A stretch of 59,766 nucleotides of DNA, filler included, from Sphacelaria rigidula (GCA_964200075.2; 3 parts of 3 records of this genome joined end to end with filler, not necessarily neighbours in it); one strand, 5' to 3'; shown: positions 1-14,526, counted from the whole stretch's first letter. Notes: a model not told the origin generated them from the letters alone. A program made the numbers and translations.

Positions 1-1121
1 CCTTGGACCAGCGGTCAACTTTCTTCTCCCTTTTGGGCAATCAGGCCGAAGAAATCATGGATTTGGTGATTCGTGACGATTCGTCCTTACCGTAAAATTT
101 TGGGATGTTAGTCCTGGTCGGTTGAGTTCGAAAGTCTCAAGAACATGACCTGGATTATCGCGGGTGTGCCCTTGGGTAACTTGGGTTTGTGGGATTTTCA
201 AGATTAACCGCACCAATCTTACGGGGTTTCGGTTATGTGATCGTGAAAAGCTCGGCCCTTGAAACAGTTCATCTGCGCATTAAAATATATACAGCAGAGA
301 AGAAGGGCGACTGTTGGAGAGTTTACTTGCCGTGAATCATGTGTGTGTATGGCCACAGTGAGTGCGGTTCGGATGATGGATACTCACGGCAAACGCTAGG
401 GCTAACGTCAAAGTCAAGATGACCGCAACGGCCTTCTCCCTATTCACACATGGATACCAAAAGCTCTGTTCAATCCCCGGTGTGACATGAGGTATGCCCG
501 GAACGATAGTAGGGTCAAGGCTTTTATCTGGGGGGTACACGCCCGTAATCCAAATGTAGGTGCGGCCATTCACAGGGGTGACGAACGTTCGACTCCAATA
601 TGATCATTTCGTGGTCAAAGTGTGTCCAATGAAAAAAGGTGTTTGGGACTCGAATTTCAACGGATCCATGCTTTTTCCAGGGAAATTCCTGAACTCATTG
701 GAGACAAGATGAGTATGGGGGGTATGGGCGAATTTGAAATCCAAATCCTCACTTTTGGCCTGCAATCAATTGTCTGTGTCTTATACCGCTACTTCCTGCT
801 CCCTTGGCGTCACTTCGCAGGAGAAGTTAATGAGTTTTGAGCGTACTTCAGAAAATGTTGGCAAATCCATCGATTTAAGAATACTTTCAGCCAGGCACAA
901 AACCTTCTCTCCATACCTACGATATCGTCTGCTGGACCTGTGCTTCATCAGGGGAGAAGGAGACGGGCGCTGCAGCTCCAGTGTTTTTAGTCCACGACAG
1001 TATATCGGTAACTGTTTCCAGTTTCCATGTTGCTTAGTAAAACTCGGTTCCTGCTCTTCTGTAAAACTACTGTATACTCGTGAGAACGAATAACAAAAAT
1101 TTTGAAGGCAGCTAGCTCCTC

Positions 1122-1669
1122 ATGGCAGACAAGCATAAAAATATGGAAGAACACCTTTTAGGAGCTTCTACGTCGTTTTACGCCCTAAATGAGAGCTAGG
1201 CGCATTTACTATACTCGCTGAGACTGTTCCGGCACACCTGTGCATTTTTCCAGTGGTCGCATTTTTTTTATTTAGGCAACGTTACATTCTTCTCGGAGAT
1301 CGCTCATTTTCTCAGAGACCGGTCAAGTCCAGACAAATCTCGGAAATCTTGCTGGACTTGACCGGTCTCCAATAAAAATGCTTGTTTGGGCGAGGAAAAA
1401 AACTGTAGCTACCGGATGACACACAGGTGTGCTGGAACCGTCTCTCAACGAGCATCGCAAGGTATTTCCAGGTGTCAAAATCCGTCTAGCTCGTATATAG
1501 GGCATTGACCCTTTGACCGCGAGGGTAGGTCACCTACTGAATCGGCATTACCATTCACTTGAAAGAAGTACGCTTGATCCAGATGAATTACCCGCACCGC
1601 GGTCCAAGGGTCAAATGACGTGGGAGATCCAAAAAAGCACTTTGCCAGATTTTCCCTCTTGTCTGCCAT
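1122..1669. repeat. Diverged inverted-repeat pair (MITE-like)
   Basis: ATGGCAGACAAG at 1122-1133 and its reverse complement CTTGTCTGCCAT at 1658-1669; degenerate similarity extends ~60 bp inward. Confidence 0.5.
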
Positions 1670-1910
1670 AAACAGCGGCCTAAGGATTTCGAGATGGGAG
1701 CTGCACAGCGAATTGACACTTTTTAATCAGACGTGCACACGTAAGATTCTCGCACAAACTGGATTTTTTTCTCTGTGACTTTACCAACCCCCCAATACCC
1801 CCTGCCCCCCTCCCGCCCATCCCCAACTTAAGAGACTGTAATTTGAAAACAGGCGTGTTTCACTACTCTCGTGCTTGAAACCCTATCCCGTAAAGCGACG
1901 AATTTGATAT

Positions 1911-2100
1911 ATACGTGCCCTTGGCGGTACGCGTTAAAAATGGTTGATGTGGACAGCAGTTGGTGATGGCGTACCTCGTCACGCAGGGTTTTCGTGTCAA
2001 GAGGTGAATTCGACGTACTTACGTGCCCGTTGCGGTACGCACAAAAGCCGGTTAATGTAGACAGTAGGGAGGGGTGGCATACCCCCATCGTGCAGGGCTT
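1911..2100. repeat. Diverged tandem duplication, period ~108 bp
   Basis: TACGTGCCC(T/G)T(G/T)GCGGTACGC...GGTT(G/A)ATGT(G/A)GACAG...GCAGGG occurs near 1912 and again near 2020. Confidence 0.6.
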
Positions 2101-4628
2101 CATCCATCTTTCAACGTGTGCAAATGCGCTACATCCATCGCTGCAGCACCATCGTGCAGGGTTTCAGTCTTTTTTTTTTTAGTATGCAATGTGCTACGTT
2201 ACATGTTCGTATTGCATCCTTGCTGGTTTACAGCCCTGATGAAGTAGCTTTCGGAGAATCAACGACAGGGAGCACGGAATTCAGTAAATAACATCATGCC
2301 GGGAAGGGCTTGAGTGATCGGATAGCTACATAATTTTTCAACATGTCCCCTTTTAGGCCGGGGAGCAGCGGCGGCGGGGAGGGGGGGTGCTCCCCAACGA
2401 GACAGTAATTGGAGCCCTACCTACCCTATTGTTTTCGTAGTGAAGACTGTCGGGATGAAAAAATAAGGAAACTTCAAACTAGCGTCTGTGCCGTCTGTCG
2501 GCAGGCGCAATTTGCAATCTTCAATCTCCTGTCACTGCGGCCAGCTGCGGCGTGGGAATCGTTAACCCTTTCGATCGCCGGGGCAGGTCATCTGGGCCAC
2601 GCAGTAAATTTTCGGGTGACAGTGATGCCGTTTCAACATTTGACTTGCTCGGGTGGGGTCAGTTCAAAAATAGTGATCGAACGGGAGCAATTACACGCTC
2701 ACACCCGAGCGCTGCTTCCTATATGAAGAGTCCTGGAACTCACCGATAAAATCCGATACACGCACACATCATGTACTGAACCGTAATATTATCGAGTTGA
2801 CCGTCAACAGCCACGCGTACTCCCTCAACCCCCCCCCCCCCCCCCGCAACACCGTAAAGGCAGACAGACACCCATGTATCTTAAAGCTGGAGCGAAAGAG
2901 AGGGCGATAGAAACTTGTCCTCAACCACTGACACCACTACAACACTAAGGCCGCAGTCCAGTATGAAGCGTTCGCTGTGCAGGGCGTACGACAGTGGATG
3001 TACCGTAAACAAGAGTAAGGCGGGGTACATACAGCAGCACTACCAGCAAATTCTTGCCTTCTTGTCGGGCTGTGCGGAGAGTTACAGTACAGCAGTATTT
3101 TAGTACGACGCTGCAAATTCTTCATCGGTTGGAATCGTTTCAGAACAATTTTGTTTGTCCGTACTACTACTTGTACGATCGATGTTGTGTGATAATATGA
3201 TACGTAAAGTCACTTGTGTATCAATCGGTAACGGCGATGGGGTGTCGCAAGCGTGAAGGGGTAAACATAATAACGTTTGAAAGCTTTGTCTACACCACAA
3301 AACCCGAACATGCCTTCGTTCAGAGACACTCTAAAATTGAACTCTCGATGTTGTTTCAGGTTGGAGGGTGTCCCAATTTTTTTTCGTCCTTTATTTCTCA
3401 ATGTTTCGGGGTTCCTGTGCGGGGTGCCGGCATTTCTTATTTTGTCGAGTCCTGGAGACATGCTGGGTGGGTCGAAGTCTACTGGGACACACAAGGAACA
3501 GGGCGTGCCTGTAGCCAACCAAATCAGCCTACGATTTTTTGCCTGAGCGAGGCCAGGACGGTAAGTACTTGCTTCCTCGTTCCTCGTTACTCGAAAGGCC
3601 CAAAGCGGCAATGGCGAGGGCAGGTGTACCGTCAGTACATCGTAAACAGTCTCTGCGACACTGCTGTATTTGACTGAATTTAGTATAAGGGCGGAACAAT
3701 GGCTGGCAATTGTTGAAAAAACATAACCGAAAAAGAGAAGAGCAAATTGCAACGAAAGAAAAAATAGCAAGCGCACCTGTTGTCGTCTCGGAAGAAGCCC
3801 TTACAGCAGCAGATGAAAAGCTTATGGGACATGGCTGATAACCTATGCCCACCCCCTGCCTTTGCCTTCACAAAGCCTTTGTGCTTTCTGCCCTCCTGCC
3901 ACTGCGTCAATACGCTCGCACCCGCTTATTACTTCCTTATTTTTTCTCTGCAGTATTTGGCCTCGTACCATCAGACCCGCGGTCAGTCTTCCTGAATGCC
4001 AAGTAACCACAATACCACAATGATTAGAACAGAAACAGGGGATGGGCAGTAGATCAAGCACACAGTACAGCATTCTTCGAATGACAAGGACCTCCAGAAG
4101 TCGAGATGGCGTCTACTTGATATATTATCGTGACCTTTGTAGTAATGGAAAATGATCAGAAATGAATGTCTATGATATCCGTAGGCGTTTCAATATCCCT
4201 CACGATCCAAGAGGCGTTCGAGCTGTAGATTCGTTTTTGCTTCTACTCACAGGGCGTTACTTTGCGCGGTCTACTTGGTGCCGTCCTTCCCCGTACAACG
4301 TGACACGTAGCGTTGTTTTCGGTTGGCGTGTGATGACTTTCAAGTTGCACCGGGGTGTGTGTGCGTTGTAGCCACCTCATCTCAAGGTTGCAGTGGTGCA
4401 GAGTAAATAGTATTGACGTTGTAGTGCGACTGCTAGGCCTCGCCAGTCGACGAAGTAGGTAATCGCCCAATAAAAGTAATAGCCGTACTTAGCAACCTCT
4501 AGGCTCCACATCGGACCTACCACAGATTTTATAGGATTCAGATACTGCTCATTTTGGGGTACTAACAGAACTCTGTTATTGTTGTACAGGACCAACGCCG
4601 TAAGCACGTGTGTGTCGAATTCATCACG

Positions 4629-7600
4629 ATGGTCATGGCCAATGTCCGACGACAAACCTCGTCGGTATTCCATCGCTCACGGTTGTGGGTTGCTCTAGTG
4701 TGCATCCTCCTGCTGCAGACGTGGTCCGGCGAGAAGACGTTAGTCGAGGCGGCGTGTCCTAACCACTGCAGCGGACACGGTACGTGTGGGTCTGGCGCCA
4801 CTTGTACCTGCAACGACGGCTGGGATTTTGCGCCGGACTGTTCCTTGCGTGAGTGCCACTGTTGACGGTAGTTGAGTGCCGCACGGTAGAGCTTTGAAGC
4901 ACCATGACACATTTTTGGGCGTTGTACCGTGGCGACCTAGAGATAGATATGGAACATCAACTATTTGGGTTGAGGCTCGAACTCTTATTTCAGGAGAAAA
5001 CACCAGCGCAAGTCATCATCATTTTTCTCGTCATGATTTTCTGTTTTTCTGGGCTGCCGGATCCGGGTTGTTCACGAGTATCAATTATCTTCTTCTCATC
5101 TCTGGTTTTTCGTTGGTTTGGCCAATTCATTCAATAACCGCGGGAACAAGGTGCCAGAAAGTGGCATTGAACGCGCTAACACGTCGCAGGGGGGAGGGGG
5201 GGGGGGCACGACTCCCCCCCCAGCACACCACCCACCTCTCGACAAATATTTGAAACGGATATTGCATGTATTGTAGCAGAGTTGTTGAGGCAGGTCACTG
5301 GCTTTTTTGGTGACGAATGCAGACTGGTTCACGCTTGTCAACCTATAAACACTCATCCGCAAAACTGCACGCCGTTTTTAGGAGTTAGGCCGTTTCTTCC
5401 GGTTCGTATTGTGTTTGGCTCGCATTTCCCACTTGTAGGATATTTGACAAGGTTTTTGGCCCCCAAACAGGGAAAACCGCCACCACACGTCTTGGACACT
5501 TTGTATCACCCCACCGAGAGGAGCCTAGCCCACTTTTCCGATTCGGTTGGGTCAGAGATTTCGAGAGCGGCCTCTGGACAAAAATACGAGGAAAACATAT
5601 ATTGCACAGTCTGTAGGCATTTTCTATTAATCCTCTGAAATTGTTGCAAAATAAAATTTCAAACGCTCCCATAAGAGTTGGCCTTAGACCCTGGATTTCT
5701 TCACAATTCTGCTTCTCGGGGGTCCCAGGGTATTGGGGAAAATTCGGATCCCGTCGGACCTCCGAAAAATGGTACAAAAGCCAAAAAACTTGGAAAAAAA
5801 ACTCGCGCATCGAAAGATGCGTAGTGACCCATCGCACATTTTTGAAAAGTTTCAGGGTCTAGCTCCTTAAAACGGCGTGAAGTTTTGTGCGTTTGTGCGA
5901 TGACGTGAGCTTTAAACGTTCAAAGTCCGAACTAGTTGGTTTTAGTATGAAAACGTCTATTTATTATGTGGTTTTCGAATTTCCCGACGAAACTTTGTAC
6001 ATATGTTCCTTCGACTACCCCAGGGTGAATCAGTTCATTTTCATTATTTTGAGGTATTCTGTATCGCTTTCCGAGGGTGACCCCCAGAAGCCGCTAGAGA
6101 ACGGCTAAACTTCGTAACATTGGCAAGAATACAGCTTTTCTCTTTGGAACATCAATAACAGTTAAACTACGGAACTGCCAAGTTTGAGTGCGATCTGAGC
6201 TTTTCTGCGACCAACTGAAGGTAAACCGTCACGAGGCTCCCTGGATCTTTCGTGCGCATCAACAGTGGAAATGAGACGACACCAAAACCCCAAATCACCG
6301 AAACTCCACGGTTTTGAGTCTGATTCGACTCCGTAGTAACCGCTTTCATTTTTTTTCCCCCGTTGGATTCCCGAGCTGATGGCGGTTACTAAGATTTGAA
6401 GCATGTGGAGGCTGGGTGAAAATTGGGCTTCGAATTATCATTTTCGATTTCAGAACAATTTGAAGGGCGCTATTTGATGGAGGCACCTTTTCGCCCTTAG
6501 CGCTACCACTACGGCCTTAGACACAAATCCCGCCATGTCACGCTCTTCAGCTGTCTATGGCGGTCAGTGTGACATCATGTGTGCGACTATTGGGTAGGTA
6601 TTGCAAAAGGCATTCGCTAGTGACATAATTTTGGGTGGTAACCGTGAACCAACCTGTAATTATGCCGCAAAGCTCTCGTACTTGACTTCCCGGTATGTTT
6701 ATTCGTCTTGGTACTGGACAGTAGATATTGCTGGGCGGTAGTTCTCAGTTTTTACATAGTATCAAGCAGCGAACAACAGTAGTAGCTGTCACTCGAAGCA
6801 ATTGGTCGCAACGAAGTGTTGAATGCTATCCTCCCATGCTGACCGCATCTATTAGTAGAAGGACGGCATACCGATCCCATGTCTCGAGGGGGGCGGCGGG
6901 GGGGGCGGGGGGGTGTACTCATGATCTATTGCATGCCATAGTCATAAGACCATTGACCTCGGAACCCTACGAAGCGGGGACGGAGCACGCCGGGTTTTCG
7001 CCGGGCCAGGCTCGCACCCAATCGCCATGCGCGAAGCGCCGTAATGTGTTCCGCGAGTCGCATGAAGGGTGAGCTGCATCCTGGTAAGATTGTTCGGCCC
7101 GAAGCCTACGGATTTTCTTGCATTATTATTACAGTGTACAATGAGTTGCTTCATTTCCTGGAATCGCCACCTCCAGAGACAGCCACGGCTTAGACACTGC
7201 CTCATGGGTGTCCCACCATTTAAACACTACGTAGTATGATCATTCGATAATTCCCTTTGTGCGGAGTTGAGGTTCTCCCACGCCGCACAACATGATCTAG
7301 CTCGACCACCATCATGATTACTGCAAACAAAACGCAAGGGCGTAAAAAAACCCCGATAACCTGGTTGCCTTGCTAACGCAGTAAGTGCGTGTTTTACAGC
7401 GTCATTGCCAACCGACGATAACCGCATAGGGGATCCGTCCCTACAAACCTGGGACGGAGACGGAGCACGTCGGGGTTTCGCCGGACCAAGCTAAATATCT
7501 CGGGGGGGGGGCTGCTCATCTGTTGCTTGCCTTAGTCATTTGACCGTTGGGTACGCATTCCTCTCGAGGCGGAGTACTATTTCTACTTCTATCAGAGACA

Positions 7601-10600
7601 AGAGACACCTCCACAATCTGTGTGGCCATCACGTTTTTCTCCCGGGGGGGCGGGGGGGGGTCGGTCTCTTCAGGAACATGCTCGAAAGGATTGGCGTGGG
7701 CAGACAAGGCGTACTCCACGGACACTGCGCACAGCGAGGTCGAATGCTCGAATGCAGGGAATTGCAATCGACAAACCGGAATATGCGCCTGCTTCACACC
7801 ATTCACCGGAGCAGCTTGCCAGCGAGGTACGAAAATTGAAGAGTAAGGCGAACGTAGTGCATGTGCAATACCCAGCACCGAGGCCATAAAAGTATTATCG
7901 TGAAATCCTGCCCATTTTGTGGCTTCCTATACTGTAGCATCGTGGTGTTCGGCCCCGCTCTTACCGTAGCCTTTCTCGCACCCGTCGGCCGACTGCTTTT
8001 TCTTCCAGCCGAGGGTTCGGAATCATTGTTATCGGTGAAGGGACAGCGACTGGGTAAAAAGACCACGGTCACGCACATATCGCGTATCACAGCTGTACAG
8101 TACAATTATTCGTACACCAGCCGGAGCCAGTAGTATGAGGTGATATCTCACAATTTTGTGCTGTGCAGTGTAGTAGCCCCGGATCCCGCCAACAGTATTA
8201 GTACACGCACGCGGTCAGTACACAATAATGTCTGAACAGCTGAAGAGCGTAGCGTATTTGGTGGGAGGTGTGGGTGTGGTAGGTAGCGCGTGCGGTTGTG
8301 GTTGGTTGGTGTTTCGATTGTGGGTCGGAGGTCTGGAGAACCCCCGCGTAACCCTCAAAGCCAGACGGGCAGGACGAAAACACGTCGACACACACACACA
8401 AGCAAAACGCATGGAACCGCAGCAGTGAGCTTTTCCTTCCCACGAAACCCTGCATTCATCGACGGCTGTTTGCAGCTGAACCTTAGGCAGACACGGCTAC
8501 AAAAAAGAGGAACCCGCCGCGTCGACCACCTTGTAGTGAAATTCTACTGGTCGAAGTTGCAAAACGCTGAAGCTCGAAAGAAATTCTGTGAGGCGCCCGG
8601 ACGGCTACCTGGCGGCCATCTATGCCCACACGATCGCCATCCTTTAGGAACCGGCGGAATTGTCTGTGTTGACAATGATGGTACTTTCTCCACCCCGAAA
8701 AATAGATAAACGGCAAGTTCATGCTAAACAAAATTAGGCCTGTGTCGTACATTTCACATGCCACCACAAGGCGTCAAATCAGCAGCGCAAGCGCCAATAT
8801 GATCATGATACTCCCCGAGGATGGCAAAATCGTCTACATGCAGTGCAGCCGTGCTGTGTGCAGTATCGAGGCTGGGGCTGCGCATACCCCAGAGTGCATG
8901 AAACAATCCCGAGGAACTGTAGGAGGTATCCCGGGGAATTTGTAGGTATTATCCCGAGGAATCGTAGATATCAACAGGATGGCCTCAACATGTCACAACT
9001 AACTTTGCATAAAGAATATCCTTCGGTTCACACACGTTTGGTGCGGCATATAAGCCATCATACCCCGCCCCCCACTCCTCCCGGCCTCCTGTCTCGTCCC
9101 CGCTTCGGCCTTGCTCCCTGCTCCTTCTTCGGTGGGATAAAACCACCCCCCCCGCTTTTCAATTGCAGTGCGCTGCCCCGAAGACTGTTCGGGTCACGGT
9201 ACCTGTATGACGATAGGAGATCTTTCTCGATTTTACGGGCCGGATTACGTCCAGCCAGGCACGGGGGGGGACGGGATAGGGCCATCCTACGGGAACTGGG
9301 ATGTTTATTCCACGACGGCGTGTTTCTGTGATCAGGGTCACTTCGGCGCAGACTGTTCCAAACGTGAGACGGGGGATATTCCCATGGAAAAAGTAGCCTC
9401 GGTACCAGTAGTTTAGAGCTATGGTCTGATGACTTGAAGCAGTTCGTTCCACTGCATGCCATGTCATCCCACCCAGCTCACAGATTACATGACTCGCTTG
9501 CAACAATATTTTCTTCTTGTCGACAAAAGCGTTCTATTAACCGTGCCAGGGATGTGTCCGAAGGATGATGACCCGGTAACGGTGAACCAGGACGACCGAA
9601 CCATCGGTGTAAGCGTTGGGACAGACGGGGGCTCGTCCATCAGCGGGACACTCACTTTCACCTTCAACGGGTAAGTGAGCGCAGTGAGCTAGCTGCCTTA
9701 GCATTTTTTGGTGGACGTTATTTTGTTATTCAAGGTAAGACAAGGAGTAATTGTCGCCTCATGAGGCGTATTTTACACCGGGCAGTGTACGCTGGATAAC
9801 CTCGCGCACTTGGGGTGTCGCGTAAGCACGACGCAGATAAAGCGCTTTCTACGGGTGCATCTTGCGCGAAGCTCAAATGACTCGCACTCGGCAAGTCGAC
9901 GGCGTAAGTGGTTGCATGGCAGCGCAGGACGGCCCACTTGAGGACCTGGCTACATATCACTCCACAAGGCTGCATCCTTTTTGTTCTCCGCATCACCCAT
10001 CGTCAACTTTTACCGAGCAGTCATTCCACACGATTAAGCACGGACTTCTTTGGCAGCTCTAGCGCAGATACGCTGTGTGAGGAAGCATTTGAAAGTCTCG
10101 ACAACGTGGAGGACGCAGTGTGCTACACTGAACCGCTCCCGAACGGTGAGCAAGAAAAAGGATGGTCAATAAATAGATCGCCTGGGGTAGTACCGTATAA
10201 GTAGAAAAGGATTCGGTACCGCTATTTTTCTGTACCGGAAACAACAAACTTTGAACGATATGACTTCATTCTCGCGACGAACACAGAGGGCGAGATTGGG
10301 AAGTGAGGGGGGTGAGGAAGGCTGTGGAGAGGCGGAGAGGAGGGGATGGAGGAGGGGTGCCACTCGTGTTTCATTTCACGTCATGATGTAGGGAGGTGCT
10401 GTAGTTCAATGGTTCAGTGCACAACGAGTTGAAATTTCTACACACACATACACACACAAGCGCGCGCACAAATACGTACACACGTCACTTTCTTGCACAA
10501 ACTGTACTCGTATCGTGACTTTACCTATCCGTCCCCCGCGAGACCATGCTTTTAAACCCCATCGTAGCTTGTTCTACTGCTTTCACTATTCTCATACCGA

Positions 10601-12675
10601 ACCCTTGTACTGTAGTGGGAAAGTCTGCCACAGATATAGCCACATCTATACTTTGCGATAGTTTTTTCAGCCCATTAACGTACAGGCTGTGCTCAGCCGA
10701 GACGTGACGTGAATGTAGTTGACAGCGCGTCATGTTCAACATATTACGGGGGAACATTGTTAGTACGAGTGAACACATGAACGGACGTAACTCGAGCGTT
10801 CATGGATCGATTTCAACAAACTATAACTTTGGATGAACCGCAATGTGCCCGCGGTCAGCGGCCAGCAACAACAAGTTAAATAATGAAAATATGCACACAA
10901 GAGTTTAAGGCCCATTTCGTGGATTTTTCCTGTCGGCGTCCCTCCAATCCTGTCTATTACTTTTGTAATACGCCTACTGTTAATAACAATTTTTCCCCGT
11001 AATAGAAAGAGGCACAATTGCATCTCGTATGCCTTAAACCTCGGCCAACATATTCACGAGAGGATGGAGGAAAAGAGGAGAGGACGGAGAAAAAGAGGAG
11101 AGGATGGGCGAAAGAGCGATTCCGAGCGGTTGTTTCACATGTAGTTAATTGCGGTGTGTTCGGGAACTAATTAGTGTTTTCCTTTTTCATCTTTGGATGG
11201 TTAGCTCTGACAACTCGAGCATCTGCTTGAAATAACGGAAATTATAGTCTTACGTCAGTGGTTGAAGTGAAAAAATCATGGCGCAAATACCTTAACTCAA
11301 CGTAGTGAATGGGGAGGAGACTCATATCTTTCGTGCCTCGACTGGTTGAAGACTGATGGCTGAACACACGTCCTCCTAGGAATAGATCTTTCCTTGGGGA
11401 GGGGGTGGGTGGGGCGCACGGGTAATATATGGACTGTAGTAACCATCTCTGCACAGGGTTCAAGATAAGGATGAGTGAAAGCCAGATCGCGGTCGAATCC
11501 GCGATCGAGCTCACGGCCGGATATGCGTTGGGTTTTCGCTGGCGACACTTTCTACAGTAGCCCCCCCCCCCCAAAAGTGGCTGGTTTGGGGAGGCAAAAT
11601 TTTCACGTAAATCGCAATGCAAAAAGCCGAGCACAACGAGCAGCTGGGAATTCCCACGCTTGGGTTCATTCTCGCCGATGTCTCCCATATGAGGCGCTTC
11701 ATGCAGGCTGAACCCAACCATCAGGCGCTGTATGACCGTTTTTTTCGTGACACTTTTGGGCTGGTTTTGGGGGGGGCTGTCGTAGAAAGTGTCTGGCGAG
11801 GATTGTCTGACAAATACGATCAATACACACATATACCAGTACCTTTGCGGGAGCAAAGTCAAGGGATTGCGCAGGATTAAACGATGTCGACGACGTGGGC
11901 TCCCTCCTCTACGACGGCAGACGACAGAAGCACACCACCTGGAGTTCCGATATCAAAACACTAGCGTCTACCACCTCTGCGTGTTTGCAGTGTTGCACAA
12001 AAAAGCCATTTTTATCACCTCTCGATTTGACCCTGTAAAGTTCTTATTATAACGACACCGACTCATTCATGTGTAGTCCCTTTCTTGAAGTCGACATCAT
12101 TGTATCGTTCATTTGTCAGGCGAAAACCTCCGTCGAACATTCATTTCACGATCAAAAAAGGGTGAAGTTATCGTGTACCGGATATCAACCATTTCCCGCC
12201 GACGGACGCTTGTTTCGCAGGTGGCCTAGAAATGAACGTGTCCTTCGTCAGTTTTCCCATGGTGCCGGCGGAGAACAACTTGTTTCATCACACCGGAAAC
12301 CCGGACCTGTCCGCCTTCACGTGTGACGTCAGCGCGGTCGATCCTTCGGGATCCGTGGACTGCAACATCACAGACCTAGTGAACACCAACGTAAAAGGTG
12401 TGTGTCATACTCCAATGTGTGCGTGTGTGTGTGCGTGTGTGTGTGCGTGTGTGTGAGAGAGGGAGGGAGGGAGGGAGAGAGAACCGGCGGAATCACTGTT
12501 GAAATTAGTGGAACACTGATGAAAGATGTGAAGCATTTTTTTGGGAACAAAATGCGCGGTCGGACAGTACTAGCATGTTCAACTTGAAACGTTAGCCTGT
12601 CATCAATCCTACTAGAGTACACGATCTATCAAATGCTAGCTTAGAGGTGTTTTTATTGTTTTCATGATTGTCCAC

Positions 12676-12719
<44 letters not shown>

Positions 12720-14184
12720 ACTGCTACTGCGCGAACACAGCACAATAGAAGTAGCGCATCTGCTCTGGAAGCATCGAGCTATGCACGTTTTTGGCGTCGT
12801 CACGATCAACACCGAGAAAGTGGAATGCGACGTCAATGAGGATATCACCAAGCTCTATTATAGACATCCAGTTGAGAGCACTTTTCAAACGCAACAAAAG
12901 TGCTCTTGAAGTGTGATGCAGCGTTAATAACAGCGAGTGCCAAACCGCGTGTGATTAGTGCGGGGACTGGAGTGGTGTGGACCACTGCCGCGTTTGTTAC
13001 TCCACTACACTTTAGCGGTGGAGCTGGACTGTCTGTGAGCCTCTTGTGGGTTCGCTTCATCCGGAAAAAACATGGATCCACAATGTAGCACAGCGTATCC
13101 CGACGAGAATCGGCGACTGGCGTTTTCCCATTTCAACGCAAAACGAAAATATATACAGGACGGATGTTTCTTTTTATTTTGAGGAAATAGTAAATGGACA
13201 CACACGCGCGGACACGCAAACACGCACACCCTGCAGACTTCTACGGTGCAGCAGCAACAGCATATTATCAAGGGGAGGAACTTGATCGCATTGGGCGACA
13301 CAGCCATCCCTCGAGCCTCTACTTATGCCCTCAATGTTTTCATTTTCGTTTTTTCAGAGTACGAGTTTTGCGGGCGCCGAGGGCTGTGCGATTTCGCAAC
13401 GGGGCTGTGCGAGTGTCTAGATGGATGGACGGGAGGGGCATGCAGCGTCGAGAGCTATGTGTACAGCACGAGCAACGCCATCCCCGGCATCAGTCTCTCT
13501 GCTTCCGGCCTTGACTACACAGGAAACGTTTTGGAGGCATCCACAGAGAAGAGGGTGAGAAAAAAAGTGTGAATAATGAATTCAAATTCCCCTTTGGCCG
13601 CCGGGCTAAGAACACGAGATAAAAAGTGGTCCAGGTGACGCGATAGAAGGACAAAATAGGACGGGACGCCACATTTTGGTCAAAGGGAACAAAAAAGCCG
13701 AACGACTTGAAAATGAGATGTTTGGGTTTGGGTTGGTACGGTTATACAAGACGGATATTCGGCTGGTATCGGGAGAGAAGAAAGTGAGAGAACGCGTTAC
13801 AATATATCTGGGACTTGTACTGTACAAGCAATCTGCGTCTTACTCGTGCGGTATTGCAAAGTTACTGGGTGTGTGAGATCGTGTACCCGTTTTTATTTTA
13901 TCAAACTAGAAACATCCGGCGTGCTCTTCTGCTGCTGTTCGGAGGGACTGAAAAGTGGTCCGCCTCGTTTTGCGGTGTCTGACCCTCGACGCCTTGACAA
14001 ACGTTTTTCAAATGTACTGTTGTTGATCAGGTTCTCTGGCGTTCGAAAAAGATACGCGTATCTTGAAATCACCCGCCCTGCAGTATACCTTACGTCCCAT
14101 ACTTGCCTTCAAGCCGCGTTTACTGGTGATGTAGATGTCGTCGCTCTTCACTGAAACCCGCCCCCCCCCCCCCCCCCCCCCCCC

Positions 14185-14236
<52 letters not shown>

Positions 14237-14492
14237 CGCGTCTCCGCCCTTCCTTCTCCCCACCCAAAACCGTGAACTTTTTTGTCCACAGGCCGCTCCT
14301 GATTTCAACTTTTTGCAGTTTACGGCGGAGAACGTGGTGGTTTTCAAGGTGCGAGGAGATGGATTCATCGAGATCGAAGAGCTCGCGATTGGAGAGGGGT
14401 GAGTCGTCAGTTCAGAACACGCTCGAATTTTTCTGGTCGTCTAGATTTGTACAATCCGCGAGATTTTTTTCTCGTCGAAACGTGTCGAGGTC

Positions 14493-14526
<34 letters not shown>

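Noticed and set aside
3210-3776. 188-aa minus and 153-aa plus ORFs
   Set aside because: No recognisable motifs, non-ATG starts and mutually overlapping; likely chance ORFs.
12664-12909. Poly-Leu signal-peptide-like ORF
   Set aside because: Translation of an intronic (CTG)n microsatellite.
14008-14368. Poly-Gly ORFs
   Set aside because: Translation of the poly-C tract.
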